A stretch of 61,337 nucleotides of DNA, filler included, from Basidioascus undulatus (lineage: Eukaryota), in assembly GCA_000826855.1 (NCBI GenBank). It is 8 parts of 8 records of this genome, joined end to end, with 100 filler letters (N's around TTAATTAATTAA, not from the genome) between each part and the next. Parts side by side here need not be neighbours in the genome. Positions count along the whole stretch, not along the records: positions 56,384 to 61,337 come from JTLS01002038.1; 7 more parts are not named here. One strand, 5' to 3'. Below, in pieces: positions 60,102-61,337 of the stretch. Every line of letters starts with the position of its first letter. Position 1 is the first letter of the stretch. The position numbers and the translations under genes were made by a program. The notes under the pieces are model-generated. The model did no database searches, had not been told where the DNA came from, and worked only from the letters and a program-made list of their open reading frames with translations.

Positions 60102-61337
60102 CTAACGCTTGACCCAGGTGTACTGTGGGGAGGGGACATGAGGGTGAGTAAACGAACGGGACGGACGCAGGGGAGGAAATGAGTGAGGGGGAGGGAAGAG
60201 TTGTGGAAGAGGACGGAAGGGTAGGGGACAGGAAGGGCAGGGGGAAGGGAAGGAGGATGAAAGAGGGAAGACGCACGCGCTTGCGGGCCTTTGCGAGACC
60301 GGTCTTTTTCCGCTCCACCATACGCGGGTCGCGGAGGAGAACGCCAGCTGTGATGGGGTGGAGAAGCAAGTCAGTCAACTCAAGCCAAACACATGCTGTA
60401 GAAGCGGAAAGGAGCGAAGGGCGAAGGGAAGGGAAGGGGAGGGGAGGTGGGAGGAACGCGAACGCACCCTTCTTGAGCACCCTCTTCACGCCCTCGTCCG
60501 GCCCGAGCTCCTGCTTTTGGTCAATGTGGCCCACCAGCCCTTTCGCAATAGCGTGCGCGATCGCGGCCGCCTGGCCGGAGACGCCGCCGCCGCGGACGAG
60601 CGCGAAGACGTGGAACGCGCCGAGCTGGCCCGCAATGCGGAGGGGGTAGAGGATCGCCTCCCTGTCGGACGCGCGGGGGAAGACCTCCGCAATGGGACGC
60701 GCGTTGACGAGGACCTCGGTGGTCGTCGGAAGATCGGAGGAGGAAGAAGAGGAAGCGGAGGAGGAGGAGGAGGAGGGGGAAGGGGAGGAGGGCTTGGTAG
60801 GGATCATCCAGACGCGGGCGGAAGAGGTCTTGCGGCGGCCGACGGTGTAGGAGCGGCCGTAGAGGTCGAACTGGACGGGCTTGCGCTGGGGGAGGACGCG
60901 CTCATGTCCTCCGGGGGGGGAGTACTCGTCGAGGGCAGCCTCGATCTCAGCTACGATGTCTGCGGTCGCGTGGCCGGCGGCGCGCGCGAGGGGGAGGAGC
61001 TTGGCGAGCTCGGTGAGCATGCCGGTGAGCGCCTTGTACGGACCCAGGCGGAGGTGGCCGTCGAGCCTGGCGGCAAGGTCCGCCTGCGGCACCCAGCGCA
61101 GGGCGGTCGGCGGCGGGGTGACAGGCAGCTTGTGTGCGGGGAGGGCGAGCGCCTGGCCGAGCGCGCGCTGGGACCGGGTGAGGAGAGAGGAGAGGTTGGA
61201 GAGCGCTGAGGAGAGAGAGGGCCGCGCGGTGTAGTAGTAGGGCGAGGCGGGCTTGGGTGTCGGCCGGGGCGCGGTGGGGGCGGAGGAGGATGTGGGCGTG
61301 ATGGAGAAAGCGTAGAACCACTGTTTTTTTTCCAATC
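60102..61337 (-). CDS. MRPS9: Mitochondrial small-subunit ribosomal protein uS9m, 5' end at or beyond the window edge
   Basis: [57 protein letters not shown]. Confidence 0.93.

Overview
This is eukaryotic, intron-rich fungal DNA; gene content and short GT-AG introns with CTRAC branch points point to a basidiomycete. The window is not one locus. It is eight unrelated contigs joined by an artificial 100-nt linker (N44-TTAATTAATTAA-N44): one contig of at least 25.8 kb, then seven ~5-kb contigs in decreasing length order. Apparently intact genes are an O-fucosyltransferase-family GT, a Zn-dependent alcohol dehydrogenase, an F-box-like protein, ACO2-type aconitase, ARL5-like GTPase, RPB1 (CTD end), SNF4, a ZIP zinc transporter, dynein roadblock, NUP82, RMT2, a SNF2/STH1 ATPase and MRPS9. 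The strongest signal, found by manual exon-by-exon reconstruction, is selective gene erosion. Housekeeping genes are frame-intact wherever I traced them. A hexose transporter, a DHA1 MFS exporter, an alpha/beta hydrolase, a conserved hypothetical gene, two F-box-like genes and several other ORFs carry frameshifts (mostly 1-nt indels at short homopolymers), stops or lost start codons. One locus is a chimera of a truncated unknown gene and the 3' half of PPM1/LCMT1. I could not support any rRNA, tRNA, CRISPR, intact transposon or novel multi-gene system. All family calls come from recognising motifs; no database search was run.
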